Below, piece after piece: positions 42,915 through 53,911 of a stretch of DNA of 64,000 nt. Within the stretch, counting starts at the first letter, position 1. Each line of letters begins with the position of its first letter. The DNA is from Epithemia pelagica (Eukaryota; Protista; Bacillariophyta). The notes under the pieces were generated by a model. The model made no database searches. It had not been told where the DNA came from and was given only the letters and a program-made list of their open reading frames with translations. Both the position numbers and the translations under genes were made by a program. Where the stretch lies: assembly GCA_946965045.2 (NCBI GenBank), contig OX337235.1, forward strand, positions 992,001 through 1,056,000. Reading direction: 5' to 3'.

Positions 42915-44678
42915 CTAAGCATTCATCTCCTCCGTGACGGGTATACAGGTCAGGTATGAGGCGCGGTAGGAGTTGATAAAATCCACATCCACAGTGTACA
43001 TTCCGAATCTGTTCCCACAACGGGTTTGAATGATCTCTGGTGTTATTTCATCCATAGTCGACTTGTTGCTTTGAGATGATGATGAGTGGGAATGTCCAGC
43101 CTTGAGTTGATGAGAGGCATGCCAACATTGACATGCATCCGATTGACATCCGATTCCACTCTTGACACAAGGACAATTGTCATCGCGACAGCATGGCTCC
43201 TTTGCGACCAAATCATGCAAAAGTAATTCCAGCTCCTCACGAGAACTTTTCTTCTCCGGCAACGCATTTCGTTTACGCAACTCTTCGGTAATTTTGTGAA
43301 TGTTCAATCGACGATGTGCGGCCTTTTTACCAGCATTGGGCGGCGGAATATAGACGTCAAGACGACGACAAGTGCAGCCTCGAGATTCCTGCTTTGTTCG
43401 TAGATTACGTAACCTCTCGAGTTCATTGCGTACATGATGAACCTCGAATTCCGTGAAACGATCGTTGTAGCGTTCTTGATTTTGAAAACTATATGATCCA
43501 GAGCGACTCCGGCGGTGGGATCCGCGTTGGTTGGAGGGGGAATTCTGTTGTTGATGTTTACCGTTGTGTTGCTTTTTGTTCTTTCCAGCATTGGATGGAG
43601 ATGACGACGACTTTGGCTGTTTCTGTTCATGTTTCCTCTTGTAGTCCTTCTCGTACTTTTGCTCGAAGATTTGCTCCAAGGTTTGTTCACCGAGCAGCAA
43701 CGCCATGCGTTGTTTCTCAATCAGTAACGAAAACAGGGGATTCCTGGACCCTTGCTTGTAATCCCATTGTCGTGTCTCCAAAACCTTTGGTGGTTCTAAT
43801 ATGGGTTTGCTTCCCTCATTGCTGCTGATCACAAGGTCACTCGTATGCTCTTCCGGTTGTCCATGTAGCTTCTTCCACCGATGGAGCAAGCGGTCGTATT
43901 TAGCAGCTTCGTAGTCGTCAATGGCAGCAATTTCTATCACAGTCTCATTCGTACTGTCCCCGTCCTTGTCCGAAATATCCATCACCATTCCCAGCCCCAA
44001 GGGCCACCCGCCATCTAATGGAACAACGTCAGTCCCTAAAGTGCGTTCGTAGTTCTTGATCGAAACTGATCCAAAGTGTATTCTCCGTTTCGGTCCTCCT
44101 GTCTTCTTCTTTGGTTCAGTCTCCGCGCTCGACGTTACCATGCTTCCATCTGGACGAACGCTCTCTTTGGTAACATTCGCCGACTGCTTCTTCCGTTTTT
44201 TCTTTTTCTTTCGTTTGCGATTATTCTTGCTCTTCTTTGGATGAACACTTCCTTGTTCTTCACCGAGGGAGTCCTCGTCATCGTTGTCATCGCCGTCTTC
44301 ATCGTCATTATGAGTGCTTTCTCTTGGTTTTCCCATTTCTCCATTATATGACAGAGGCAATGCAACAGATTCTGGGTTTTCCTCCTGTTTTTGAGATGGC
44401 GTTTTTTGTTCCAAGGCATCCACCGGGTGGATGTTGGAGGAAATCGTACGGTTGGTGTTCATAATTCGTATTCTTTCATCATTTCCTGACGATGATGTCT
44501 TGACGATATTGCTTGCCAGAGGGCGAACGGTTTCTCCCTGTTGATTCAGGCTTTGACGGAATAGATCATTGCGATACTGCGTCAGATTGTCTTTGTCGTC
44601 GTAGTCGTCGTCGGAACTTAAATCCGAGTCGGTAATATTGATCAAGTAGGACTTGGAAGGCGGTGGAGGTGGAGGCAT
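42915..44678 (-). CDS. CSRNP/Axud1-like cysteine-serine-rich nuclear protein
   Basis: NLS (KRKKKKKRKK); RIHFGSVSIKNYERTLG..VPLDGGWPLGL; ELERLRNLR..GCTC; CPCVKSGIGCQSDACQC; CGNRFG. The order matches the CSRNP N-terminal domain. Likely start ATG 44678. Confidence 0.7.
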   Translation of the reverse strand: MPPPPPPSKSYLINITDSDLSSDDDYDDKDNLTQYRNDLFRQSLNQQGETVRPLASNIVKTSSSGNDERIRIMNTNRTISSNIHPVDALEQKTPSQKQEENPESVALPLSYNGEMGKPRESTHNDDEDGDDNDDEDSLGEEQGSVHPKKSKNNRKRKKKKKRKKQSANVTKESVRPDGSMVTSSAETEPKKKTGGPKRRIHFGSVSIKNYERTLGTDVVPLDGGWPLGLGMVMDISDKDGDSTNETVIEIAAIDDYEAAKYDRLLHRWKKLHGQPEEHTSDLVISSNEGSKPILEPPKVLETRQWDYKQGSRNPLFSLLIEKQRMALLLGEQTLEQIFEQKYEKDYKRKHEQKQPKSSSSPSNAGKNKKQHNGKHQQQNSPSNQRGSHRRSRSGSYSFQNQERYNDRFTEFEVHHVRNELERLRNLRTKQESRGCTCRRLDVYIPPPNAGKKAAHRRLNIHKITEELRKRNALPEKKSSREELELLLHDLVAKEPCCRDDNCPCVKSGIGCQSDACQCWHASHQLKAGHSHSSSSQSNKSTMDEITPEIIQTRCGNRFGMYTVDVDFINSYRASYLTCIPVTEEMNA

Positions 44679-45212
44679 GGTCGAGCAAATACTGGTACGA
44701 GCTCTACCAGCACGATTGTTACACAAGAGAAAGGTGTCGTTCAAGTGAATACTCTGCTCTAGCAACGACGACGAGTCCACCACATTCCATGGCCAACGCC
44801 TGCTTCCATTTTCTCACACGAGAGAGAAGAATGGAAGAAAGATCGGATATGACGTCACGCCACGTCTGAAATTTTTAGTCGCCTATTCGTCCCAATGCTA
44901 TGTCCTCTACCTTTTCGTTGTTGTGTTTCAAAAGAGAAAATGAAACCAACACCTGGCTTCATTGCGATTGCCCGTACTCGTCGGATGATTTGAGCGTCCA
45001 ACGTTAAGAGAAACACATTCAATTTTCGGTTCTACATACTATTTCTGAGACTTGTCACCACGTGCAATGGTCCTTCGTCCAAAAACAGAGGCAACAGCAG
45101 ACAACAATTCCTACGCCACAATTACAAATATACAGTTCGTCATGAAAGAAGAGACAGCCGAACGACCACCGACCCATTGAAAGTACCTACATGCCCTTGT
45201 TCCAATGACATT

Positions 45213-46061
45213 TCACTTTAATCCTCCCCGGCCAAACAATTTTTCTTCTGTTGCTCCGTCGAGTTTCGGCCAATCGATCGTTTCGATTGGATTCTTGTGA
45301 TTGTTGTGAAACTTCCAATGCTGACTTTTGGAAGTGTCCACAAACGAATCAATACATGTAATCAAGAGGGAGAGCAATGCTGGATCGGTGCCGGCACAAA
45401 ACAAGACTCGATAACATGTCAATTTGGCCACACCACGAACACTTTCCACCGCCGCACACACTCCAATCTTGTGTCGTTTAATCACCCATACTTTGGAATT
45501 GCATTGTCGAATCGTATAGAGGGGTTCATCATCCTTGCTCTGCCCCATGATTCGGACCGACGCCACAGTGCTGTGCAAGTTGAACTCAACGGCAGCGTAT
45601 GGATACATGGTTGGACAAAAGGTCGGTCCCTCAAAGCTAACCGCCTTTTGTCCTTCCTGTATTGGTTGCGGAGAGAGGATCAAAAAGTAATTCAAGCCCT
45701 TGGACACATTCTTAATCGCAAATCCCAGTGCTTGATCGGCAACCGTTTCATAGTGCAAAAAGACCAAATCTTCGAGTCGCTTCTTGATGCCCAAACCTGG
45801 TTTGGCGGGGTGTATCTGTAGGCCGTGAAACAATTCATCATTGTATGTTTCCAACTGAAATGTATTGCCCTTTTCGGACCGTCCAATGTTGCGAAAAATG
45901 AGCTGCAAGGCTTCGTCAGTACTGGCAAACTTGTCCGAATCGGCAGTCAACCGTGGTTCTCCCGCAATCGGCTCAATCCTTGTCTTGAGGAGAGATGCAA
46001 GATCTGGAACTGGTTCTGGTGGAGCCCTTGGCTCGACGGGTCCAGAGGAAGTGCAACCCAT
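45213..46061 (-). CDS. Putatively N-myristoylated/palmitoylated protein with a Tubby-C/LURP-one-like domain
   Basis: MGCTSSG N-terminus, a beta-rich core and C-terminal AGTDPALLSLLITCID. Confidence 0.55.
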   Translation of the reverse strand: MGCTSSGPVEPRAPPEPVPDLASLLKTRIEPIAGEPRLTADSDKFASTDEALQLIFRNIGRSEKGNTFQLETYNDELFHGLQIHPAKPGLGIKKRLEDLVFLHYETVADQALGFAIKNVSKGLNYFLILSPQPIQEGQKAVSFEGPTFCPTMYPYAAVEFNLHSTVASVRIMGQSKDDEPLYTIRQCNSKVWVIKRHKIGVCAAVESVRGVAKLTCYRVLFCAGTDPALLSLLITCIDSFVDTSKSQHWKFHNNHKNPIETIDWPKLDGATEEKLFGRGGLK

Positions 46062-46632
46062 TATTCCGTGGATGCTTCAATTCGATCGTTGGTTCTTCTT
46101 CGCGCTGTTGTTGTGCTGGTTCTTTTGATACACGAACTCAAAAGATTCTGTTCAGTTGTGGCCAATTGCGAACTGGGTCGCGATCCGACTCCCCAGATAA
46201 CACGACCTTAACGCGAATCATTCCGAAGAGCCCATGCCGATGCCGGGAGACAAAGACAACTCGCAACTACGTAGATGCAAGGATCCATGACCTCAATGGT
46301 AGGTTGAGAAACAATGGCAAACTGTGTTCAGAACTAGAAAGAAAGGCTGCAACCTGCAAAGGCATTCGGAAGATCCGATTGGCAGGATGTGACACGATCA
46401 GTTATAGCTGATTCGTGTGGGGGGTGCTTCGGGAAGATCTATCATCGGCCGCGGCGCATTTTCTTGCAAGCTTGGCGATGACCAAAATCCTGATTGAAAA
46501 ACAGGATCAACTCGGAGCAACCGTCGAATGAACAGTATCTCTCCACGACGTCTCGTTTCCCCAGTGATCTCATATTTGCAATCACCGAGAAATCTCAGAC
46601 CGACCTCAAAGTCGATATCTCATTTCTGCAAA

Positions 46633-47307
46633 ATGACAACAACCAGCAGCACACAACAACGTAACCATGTTATCCGTGAAGCCGTCTTGTCGGATGTTCC
46701 AGACTTGGTCCAGTTATCGAGAACTGTGGCGCTGTCAACCCATACTCAGCAAGGCGATGATTTGGACAAGACTGGGTTTTTGGTATCCGATTTTACCACG
46801 CAAGATTACACACACTTTCTGGAAACAGCACAACACTTTTTGGTATTGCGAATGAAAGGTGAAAACCAGGACAATGATGAGGATGGAACAAACGAGCCGT
46901 TGGCGGCCTTTTTGTTGGCCTACGGATCGGAGAGCATCACGCCGGACCAAGAACTCAACACGCATATCAAGCAAGTCCTGTATCCCAACAAGCCATTTGT
47001 GTTGATCAAACAGATTGTGGTATCGCACCAATTTCGTCGGCAGGGTTTGGCACAAACGCTGTACCAAACTCTGTACGAGCGCATGCCAGAGTATTACAGA
47101 GACGAATCCTTGGCACGCCCCATGTACACGGCCATTGTAGCGGAGCCCAACAATCCAATCTCCATTGCCTTCCACAATCGATTGGGATTTGAACAAGCTT
47201 ATATGTATACTCCCAAACAAGATCCCAAAGCTCGCTACATATTTTGCAATCAGGATGTACCAGGGACACTGGAGAAACTCAAGCAAACCGCCAATAACAA
47301 CTCGTAG
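46633..47307 (+). CDS. Stand-alone GNAT-family acetyltransferase
   Basis: IREAVLSDVPDL; IKQIVVSHQFRRQGLAQTLY (acetyl-CoA motif A); NNPISIAFHNRLGF (motif B). Confidence 0.85.
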   Translation: MTTTSSTQQRNHVIREAVLSDVPDLVQLSRTVALSTHTQQGDDLDKTGFLVSDFTTQDYTHFLETAQHFLVLRMKGENQDNDEDGTNEPLAAFLLAYGSESITPDQELNTHIKQVLYPNKPFVLIKQIVVSHQFRRQGLAQTLYQTLYERMPEYYRDESLARPMYTAIVAEPNNPISIAFHNRLGFEQAYMYTPKQDPKARYIFCNQDVPGTLEKLKQTANNNS

Positions 47308-47597
47308 GTGTGGGAACCAAAACGTTCTCGGACTGTCTGATTGCCAATCAGAACTACCATTTGTAGAAAGTTTAGAATCATGGTCTATTGATTTGTTTTC
47401 GTAACCCAACCTTGGCCAGCATTTCACAAAATCGTCGTTCGTAGCGTGCGTGGCTTGGTACTCAACCATGACCTCCGCCCACCAATCACATCCTCCAAAC
47501 CAATGAATGGACAGATTCCATGACGAAAAGCAATACAAAACCTCTAGGAAGGCGACAGCGCACAGGGTCTGCTGCTGCTGCTCCTCAAGTCTACAAC

Positions 47598-49046
47598 CTA
47601 CATTTTCTTTTGGTATTTTCCCTTTTCCAGTGTCACACATGTCTTGTCCGCATTGGCCAATTCAATCTTGGCCGTCCCAGTTGCTTGATCCAATTCCAAC
47701 ACGACACCTTCTCCTTGATCGGTCGTGACCATGTCACCTACCCGAGCCCACGCCGAGCCCTTGGCGGCTTGCAAGGCCGCATCGGCTTCATTGGTTGCGG
47801 CCGATGCATTTTGGGACAAACCCAAACCATCCAAGACACCGTACACAACCTTTTCCAAGTTGAGCGTGTAAAAGTGCAAGACGGGGGCGCCGCCGTCCAA
47901 GAGCTTTTGGCAGAGTTTGACACCAAAGTCGACGCCAAATTGTTTGACGGCATCGGCATCATCTTTGATAGCTTCCATGGAATCACGCAAGTCTTGCGGA
48001 ACACGTGTTTTGCAAAATTTGGTCATTTTGACAAAGCCCGCATAAGCATTAATGCACATGAGACCTGGTACAATAGGACACTTGATGCCAATCTCTCGAC
48101 AGTCCTTGACAAACTGCAAGAAGACGTCGGCATCAAAGAACATTTGAGTAATGATAAAGTCTGTTACAGAGAGCAAGTAAAGGAAGTATGAGACAAAACG
48201 GAATGCAACAAGATGTAAATGAGTAAAAAATGAACCTTCTCGTCATCTGGTCAAAACGTGAGCCAAATCACTGGATGGTCACTCACCTGATCCAGCATCG
48301 ATCTTCTCTTTCAGATAAGCCAGTTCCTTTTTGTAATCTTCATCTTTACATGCAAACGTTACACCTTCGGGTGTCACACTGGATCGTGCCAGTTCGGTCG
48401 GTGTCAAGGTGGAGGGATCGTCAATTTGCGAAATAGCATTCGGATGCCCTTCGGGGTATCCAGCAACACTTATACCCATTTCTTTGCCAAACGGCAGACT
48501 TTCCCGAATGAATTTGACCAGATCCAGAGCACAGGTAAAGCCACCTTCGGCTGCCTTCCATTCTTCTTGACCCGCTGGCGGGTCTCCCCGAAGTGCGACA
48601 ATGTTGCGAATTCCGCCATCGTAGGCGGCCTGTAGGGCGTTTTGCACATCTTGTTTGGGATCGGTGGAACCCGCAATGTTGGTACAAGTCATGTGCAAAT
48701 TGGCCACATGGCCCGTGTTGTGTGCTTGCAAGGCAATTTGCAAGGACAGGTCAGCTGTCGATCCACCGGCACCCCATGTCACATCGGTAAAAGCTGGTTT
48801 GACCGTCTCTTTCATGCGGTCCATGCGACTGTACAAATTCTAGGAGCAGTAGAAGCATGGAAGGGAAAAATCATGTGAGAGAAATCGATCCTCCCAAAAT
48901 AACCATGGCGTCTTTCATAGACGTCGTCCAACGACCAAACGTACCTTTACACCCTCTTCGGTACGAGGGGGAAAGTATTCCAATGACACAAAGGGCGCCG
49001 AAGTTTCGGCAGAGATAATGTCGATAATCTTGGCATTCGATGTCAT
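47598..49046 (-). CDS. MTHFR: Methylenetetrahydrofolate reductase (short MetF-like form), 3 exons
   Basis: Exons 49046-48945, 48839-48287, 48160-47598; 405 aa. SLEYFPPRT, DVTWGAGG, HMTCTN, ALRGDPP, VAGYPEGHP, FIITQMFFD, HFYTLN. Confidence 0.95.
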
Positions 49047-49949
49047 GGTTTAATCGCTTGTTGTCACAAACTGTAGAAGAGTGTTATTGTTGGTTGCCTA
49101 CTGGAGCGTCGTTGGACGAGTGCGTCGGTGTTTGGTTTTGTTGTCGTTTGTGAGGAAGCGGGAGCAAATCTTTCGGGAGTTTGGAGGAACGCCCCAAAAC
49201 TTGCGACCATTACAGCTTCCGTAGCACGCACCATTGTCATTGGACCCTGGTATGTGTCATGTGCGCTCGTACGTCACATTCCTCTTTCGCACGTTCCTTT
49301 GGGGGAACGTGGAAAAGTCCGGGACATGATTTCAGTCACGCCGTATCATGGGACACAGCTACCCCTGCTAGGTATTCCAGTACCTATGTCAAGCCGCCGG
49401 AAAGCGACTCGGAAGTGGCCAGTTCAAAGTCTATCAGTGAACTCTTGGTTGTCGCCCGTGTAGCTGATGTGTATCTTCTTCCTACATTTTGATTGGCGTA
49501 CGACTGCCGAGAACTGAAGTTCAAGCTGCCATGTATGTCTTCGGCATAAATGGGCGTCATCCTCATTTATTCCTGAGCGTCCATCGAATAGCTTATCCGA
49601 AAGAAAATTCCAGGGCTTGGTATAGCAGAATAAGTACTCATAGTATCTTTTTTGGCCCAAAACATAAAAACAAAACAGAAAACAAGAGGGGATCGTGTTC
49701 TTGCTCACTTTTTGCAAGATACGAATACTCGTACAATATTCGTACATCATTGTATGTGCTTGAGACACGAAAGAATGCGAGAATGGGAAAGTGGAGACGT
49801 GCCAAACAACTTCCTGTCGCACTGCTGTGCTTCCGAGACATTTCTTTCATGGGGCGTTGCCTCTGCACCACAAACTGGCGGATGAGCAAGAGAACAAGCA
49901 TCTGAACAAATACACGTACCAGTCCTTCTTTTCTTCATTGATTTACAAA

Positions 49950-51966
49950 ATGGGACCGGCTGCAAAGGATATGGAGAAACAAGTCAAGATTGTGACATCC
50001 CATGACGATATGGAGGATCCGACCAATCCAGTGGGATTTTCGCCCAGTCGACGTGAAATTTTCGTCCAACAAGACGAGGAGGAGAATGACATCCTATTGG
50101 CGCGCACCACTGTGGATGCCGAAAAACGATACAAGACCGAAGATTGGCCTCGCATCAAAAAGTACCTGGATCGCAAGACCCCCTTGATGCGAAATGCGGC
50201 CGCGCCAGACATTGCCGATATTGTGGCGCTGGCCAACAAAATGTGTCTCTCCAAAGCCAAGAAACAAGGAAAGGAAGCCATTCGCTCGTCTTCTGGGTTC
50301 TACTTGTCTCATCTGAGTGATCAAGACTATACAGAGTATAAGTCCAAGGCTGAACACTTTCTTGTCTTACATCACAATGGCAAGTTGATTGGGTTCATCT
50401 TGGCCTATTCTTCCACGTTGATTGACCAAAATGATCCGAATGAAGAAGTCGATGTGTACATTCGCGATCATGTGGTAAATGATCCCAATCGGCCCTTTGT
50501 CTTGGTAAAGCAGTTGGTCGTCGATCAAGAGTTCAAGCATTGCGGATTTGCGGAGCTATTGTACATGGAAGTCTATGCTCGTGTGGTGCATCTCCATTCC
50601 GATGATGCAACTCCTTGGTCAGTGTACACAGAGATCACTGCCGACCACCCTGGTTTGAGGGACTTTCATACCCTTGTGGGATATCCACAAGAGGTGGCCC
50701 GGTACGATCCGCAAAAAGTGTCTTCTCGATCCTATCGCGCTGACACGAGGTTGATCCTGGCCAATCATCACGTTACGGATTCTCTGAACGAATTGGCAGC
50801 CAGATTTGCGAGCAATTCCACTCTAGACACCCGCCCTGTCGACGATGCAAGCTCCATGCTGGACCCTCACTGTGTTGGTGTTGGAGTCTGCCTTTATTGG
50901 ATTGAGCCACCGGATCCCAGTGGTACTTTCTATGCCGATGTCCGTATCATGTTGAAATGGCGAAAGCCTGCAGTGGAAAAGTTGTATGAGCATCCTCGCC
51001 TCAGGGGTCCAGGGATTGCTCGTACCGAGATCGACATGAAAGCACATGGAAAAGAGTTACGATTTCCAAGATACGCGTTTAACGAGTTCAACACCGAGAC
51101 AACGCAACACTATGCTTATATCGACCGGCATGACCCACCGGATGTTATCACAATGCAAAAAGTAGTGCGCGGAAATTTCATTGGCAAATCATTGGGTAAG
51201 TACAAGTATGTTTGAGATCATGCTTGGGGGATCTGCTTTCATTTCCATTTCTCAACAATGGCTTTTTGATATACTATCCACAGATCTTCGTAATTTTCCG
51301 GCTGATACGCAAATGTTAGAGTTCAAGTTTCGCATGTGGGACAATGATCCCGACGACCGTTGTCGATACTTTCGCCAACTGTACTATGTTGACAACACCG
51401 CGTGGCAACTGGGTGTCAAACGAGTGGTGGATGTTCCGACTTGCTCGTTCTTGGCTGCCCAGGTAGAATTGGGAAAGGACCCAGTGGCTGGTACCAGTTT
51501 CTTGGCCATTCGCATTCCCTGCGTTCGTAATACGGGATACTATCTACGCACAGTTGCTGTCCCTCTTTTCTTCATTTCCTCTCTGACCTTGACCAGTATT
51601 GGCCTTGACGAACTCTCTTCACGAATTGAGTTGAATACAGTCTTATTGCTCACCAATGTGGCCTACCTTTTCGTAACCAAGGATGAAACACCGAGGACTT
51701 CACATGTCACGAAACTTGATCTCGTGACGTATTTCTGCTTCCTGGCTCCTTGGTTCTTGATTGTTTTGAACTATATTGCCTTTCGCGTGGACATGAGTCT
51801 TACTCTCGCTGACAACATCAGCTACATGGTATGCGGAACAGTTGTTGGTTTTATTGGATTCATGATTGTCTTTATGAGGACCAAGTACATCTTCACAGTC
51901 CAGCACAACTCGCAATTGGGAGAATTCGATCGCATCGATAAGAAAAAGAGCATCAAGAAGCATTGA
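49950..51966 (+). CDS. GNAT-domain / Cys-less pentameric ligand-gated ion channel fusion, 2 exons
   Basis: Exons 49950-51195 and 51284-51966 (GT-AG intron 51196-51283); 642 aa. N-terminal GNAT collinear with the 46633 gene. Then a pLGIC ECD (YADVRIMLKW, Pro-loop DLRNFPADTQ, VRNTGYY) and four TM helices (VPLFFISSL; SSRIELNTVLLLT; TPRTSHVTKLD; M4). Confidence 0.85.
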
Positions 51967-52362
51967 GGGTTGTTTTTCAATCGCCGTTTACCTGGGGAAG
52001 TATCAGAAGACAGCAACCTCGGCGCCTTTATCTTCCTACGTAGGATGGTTTTAGATAAGATCTTGCTTCGCCTGTAGCTACGTTGAAGTTATGCGTGCTT
52101 CGTTCTTCACTCAACAAAGGAACATGTAGCATGAGTATCACTCAATACAAACGAGAGAGACAAGATTGGTCAAACGAATGTTTCATTACGTATTACGTGG
52201 TTATTATATATTATTTTATATAAAGTTCGTTATCGGGATGCATTTTTATGTTTTTGGTAGTCTACACTGCTCCGACAATTTTTATGTTTGGTGTAAAGCG
52301 GCGGTAGGAGCAGAAGTGCAGATGCTTGAGTGTCAAGAAATGGACAAATCCTCCTTTCTATT

Positions 52363-53911
52363 CTACATGTCGCCAACTGGGGCGGAGGCTCGGTCGAAGT
52401 AGCAACGAGCCGTAGCAAAGCCATCCACCTCGACTGGAGCTTCGGGGTGGAGGTAAAATTTCGCGAGCTGCTTGAGGTCCTTCGCGTCCTCAAGCGCAAG
52501 GCGGCGTTTTTCACGGAATTCCTGCCATTCCTCCTCTAAAGTCAATAGATAGACGAACAAATGTGAGAGAAAAGATCAAAAGGTTTCAGTGTGAGCCATC
52601 CATGCAACTTACCTTCCGGATCGGTGACAGGAGCAGAAGCACGATCAAAGTAGCAACGAGTGGTAGCAAATCCATCAGTTTCAACAGGAGCTCCGGGATG
52701 CAAGTAGAAACCAGCCATCTGTTTGAGATTCTTCGCATCTCCCAGAACGCGGCGACGCTCTTCCTTGAACTCCTCCCATTCTTGCTCTGTGGGAAAATAT
52801 AAATTGTAAGCGGAATATCAACCAAGGATAACAGGGAAGCACACGCAAGACTTACCTTCTGCTAACTCAGGGTCTACAGGGGCAGAGGGGCGATCAAAGT
52901 AGCAACGAGCGGTGGCAAAGCCATCGACTGCAACGGGAGCTTCCGGGTGGTGATAATAACTTGCCATTTGCTTCAGATTCATGGCATCCTCGAGAACGCG
53001 ACGCCGTTCTTCACTGAAATCTTTCCATTCTTGATCTGTTTAGTAAAAGCAAAGTATCTGAGCGCAGGCTGTGCAATTGTACAATGTCCGATCAACAACT
53101 ACGTACCTTCTACAAGATCGGGGTCCACAGGAGCGGAAGCACGATCAAAGTAGCATCGGGCTGTCGCAAATCCATCCGCAGCAACAGGGGCTTCAGGGTG
53201 AAGGTAATAGCCTGCCATCTGCTTGAGAAGCTTGGCATCTTCCAACACACGACGGCGCTCAGCAAGGAACTCCCTCCATTCTTGTTCTATGAACAGCAAC
53301 GTTGAATGAGCATCTCGATCGATTGGGACGTTCTTCATGCATTGTGCGATGCCTTGGACTTACCTTCCTGTTCCTCCGGGTTGATCGGCGCAGAAGCACG
53401 GTCGAAATAGCAACGGGCAGTGGCAAAGCCGTCTACTTTCACAGCTGCTCCCGGGTGGAGAAAGAACGTTGCCATTTGCTTGAGGACTTTTGCATCCTCA
53501 CGAACGCGGAAACGTTCCTCGCGAAACTCTTCCCATTCTTTATCTGTGCGGAGAGCAGATTGCTGTTGAGTTATCGACCTCTTCAAGAAATCAATTGGAA
53601 GACCGTTTCAACCTACCTTCCACATCATCAATCTCTTCCATCTCCTCAACAGCTTCCGCTGGTTCGGTGACTTCCGTAGGCTCTTCATCAGGAACAACCT
53701 TCGATTCAATAGTTCCGATCTGTTCACGGATTTTGAAGACCTCATCCGTGTTTCCCTCTGGATGAAAGACGGTAAAGAATAAGATCACATCGATGATTTT
53801 CCAAGACATTCCAAAAAGGAAGGACACATGGCACTTACTCTTTTCATGGAAGATGATCTGAGCGCGAAGCTTTTCGATTTTTTTCTGGTCCTTGCTGCGA
53901 AATCCAAACAT
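52363..53911 (-). CDS. Diatom repeat protein (five ~60-aa 'YxHP...ARCYFDRASAP' repeats), 7 exons
   Basis: Exons 53911-53839, 53757-53617, 53543-53364, 53286-53107, 53035-52856, 52786-52613, 52535-52363. All introns are GT-AG, 69-81 nt, phase 1. Spliced CDS is 1101 nt (366 aa) with no internal stop. Confidence 0.85.

Noticed and set aside
46633-47307. EctA (diaminobutyrate acetyltransferase) assignment
   Set aside because: Only generic GNAT motifs are shared, and no ectB or ectC is nearby; the substrate cannot be called.
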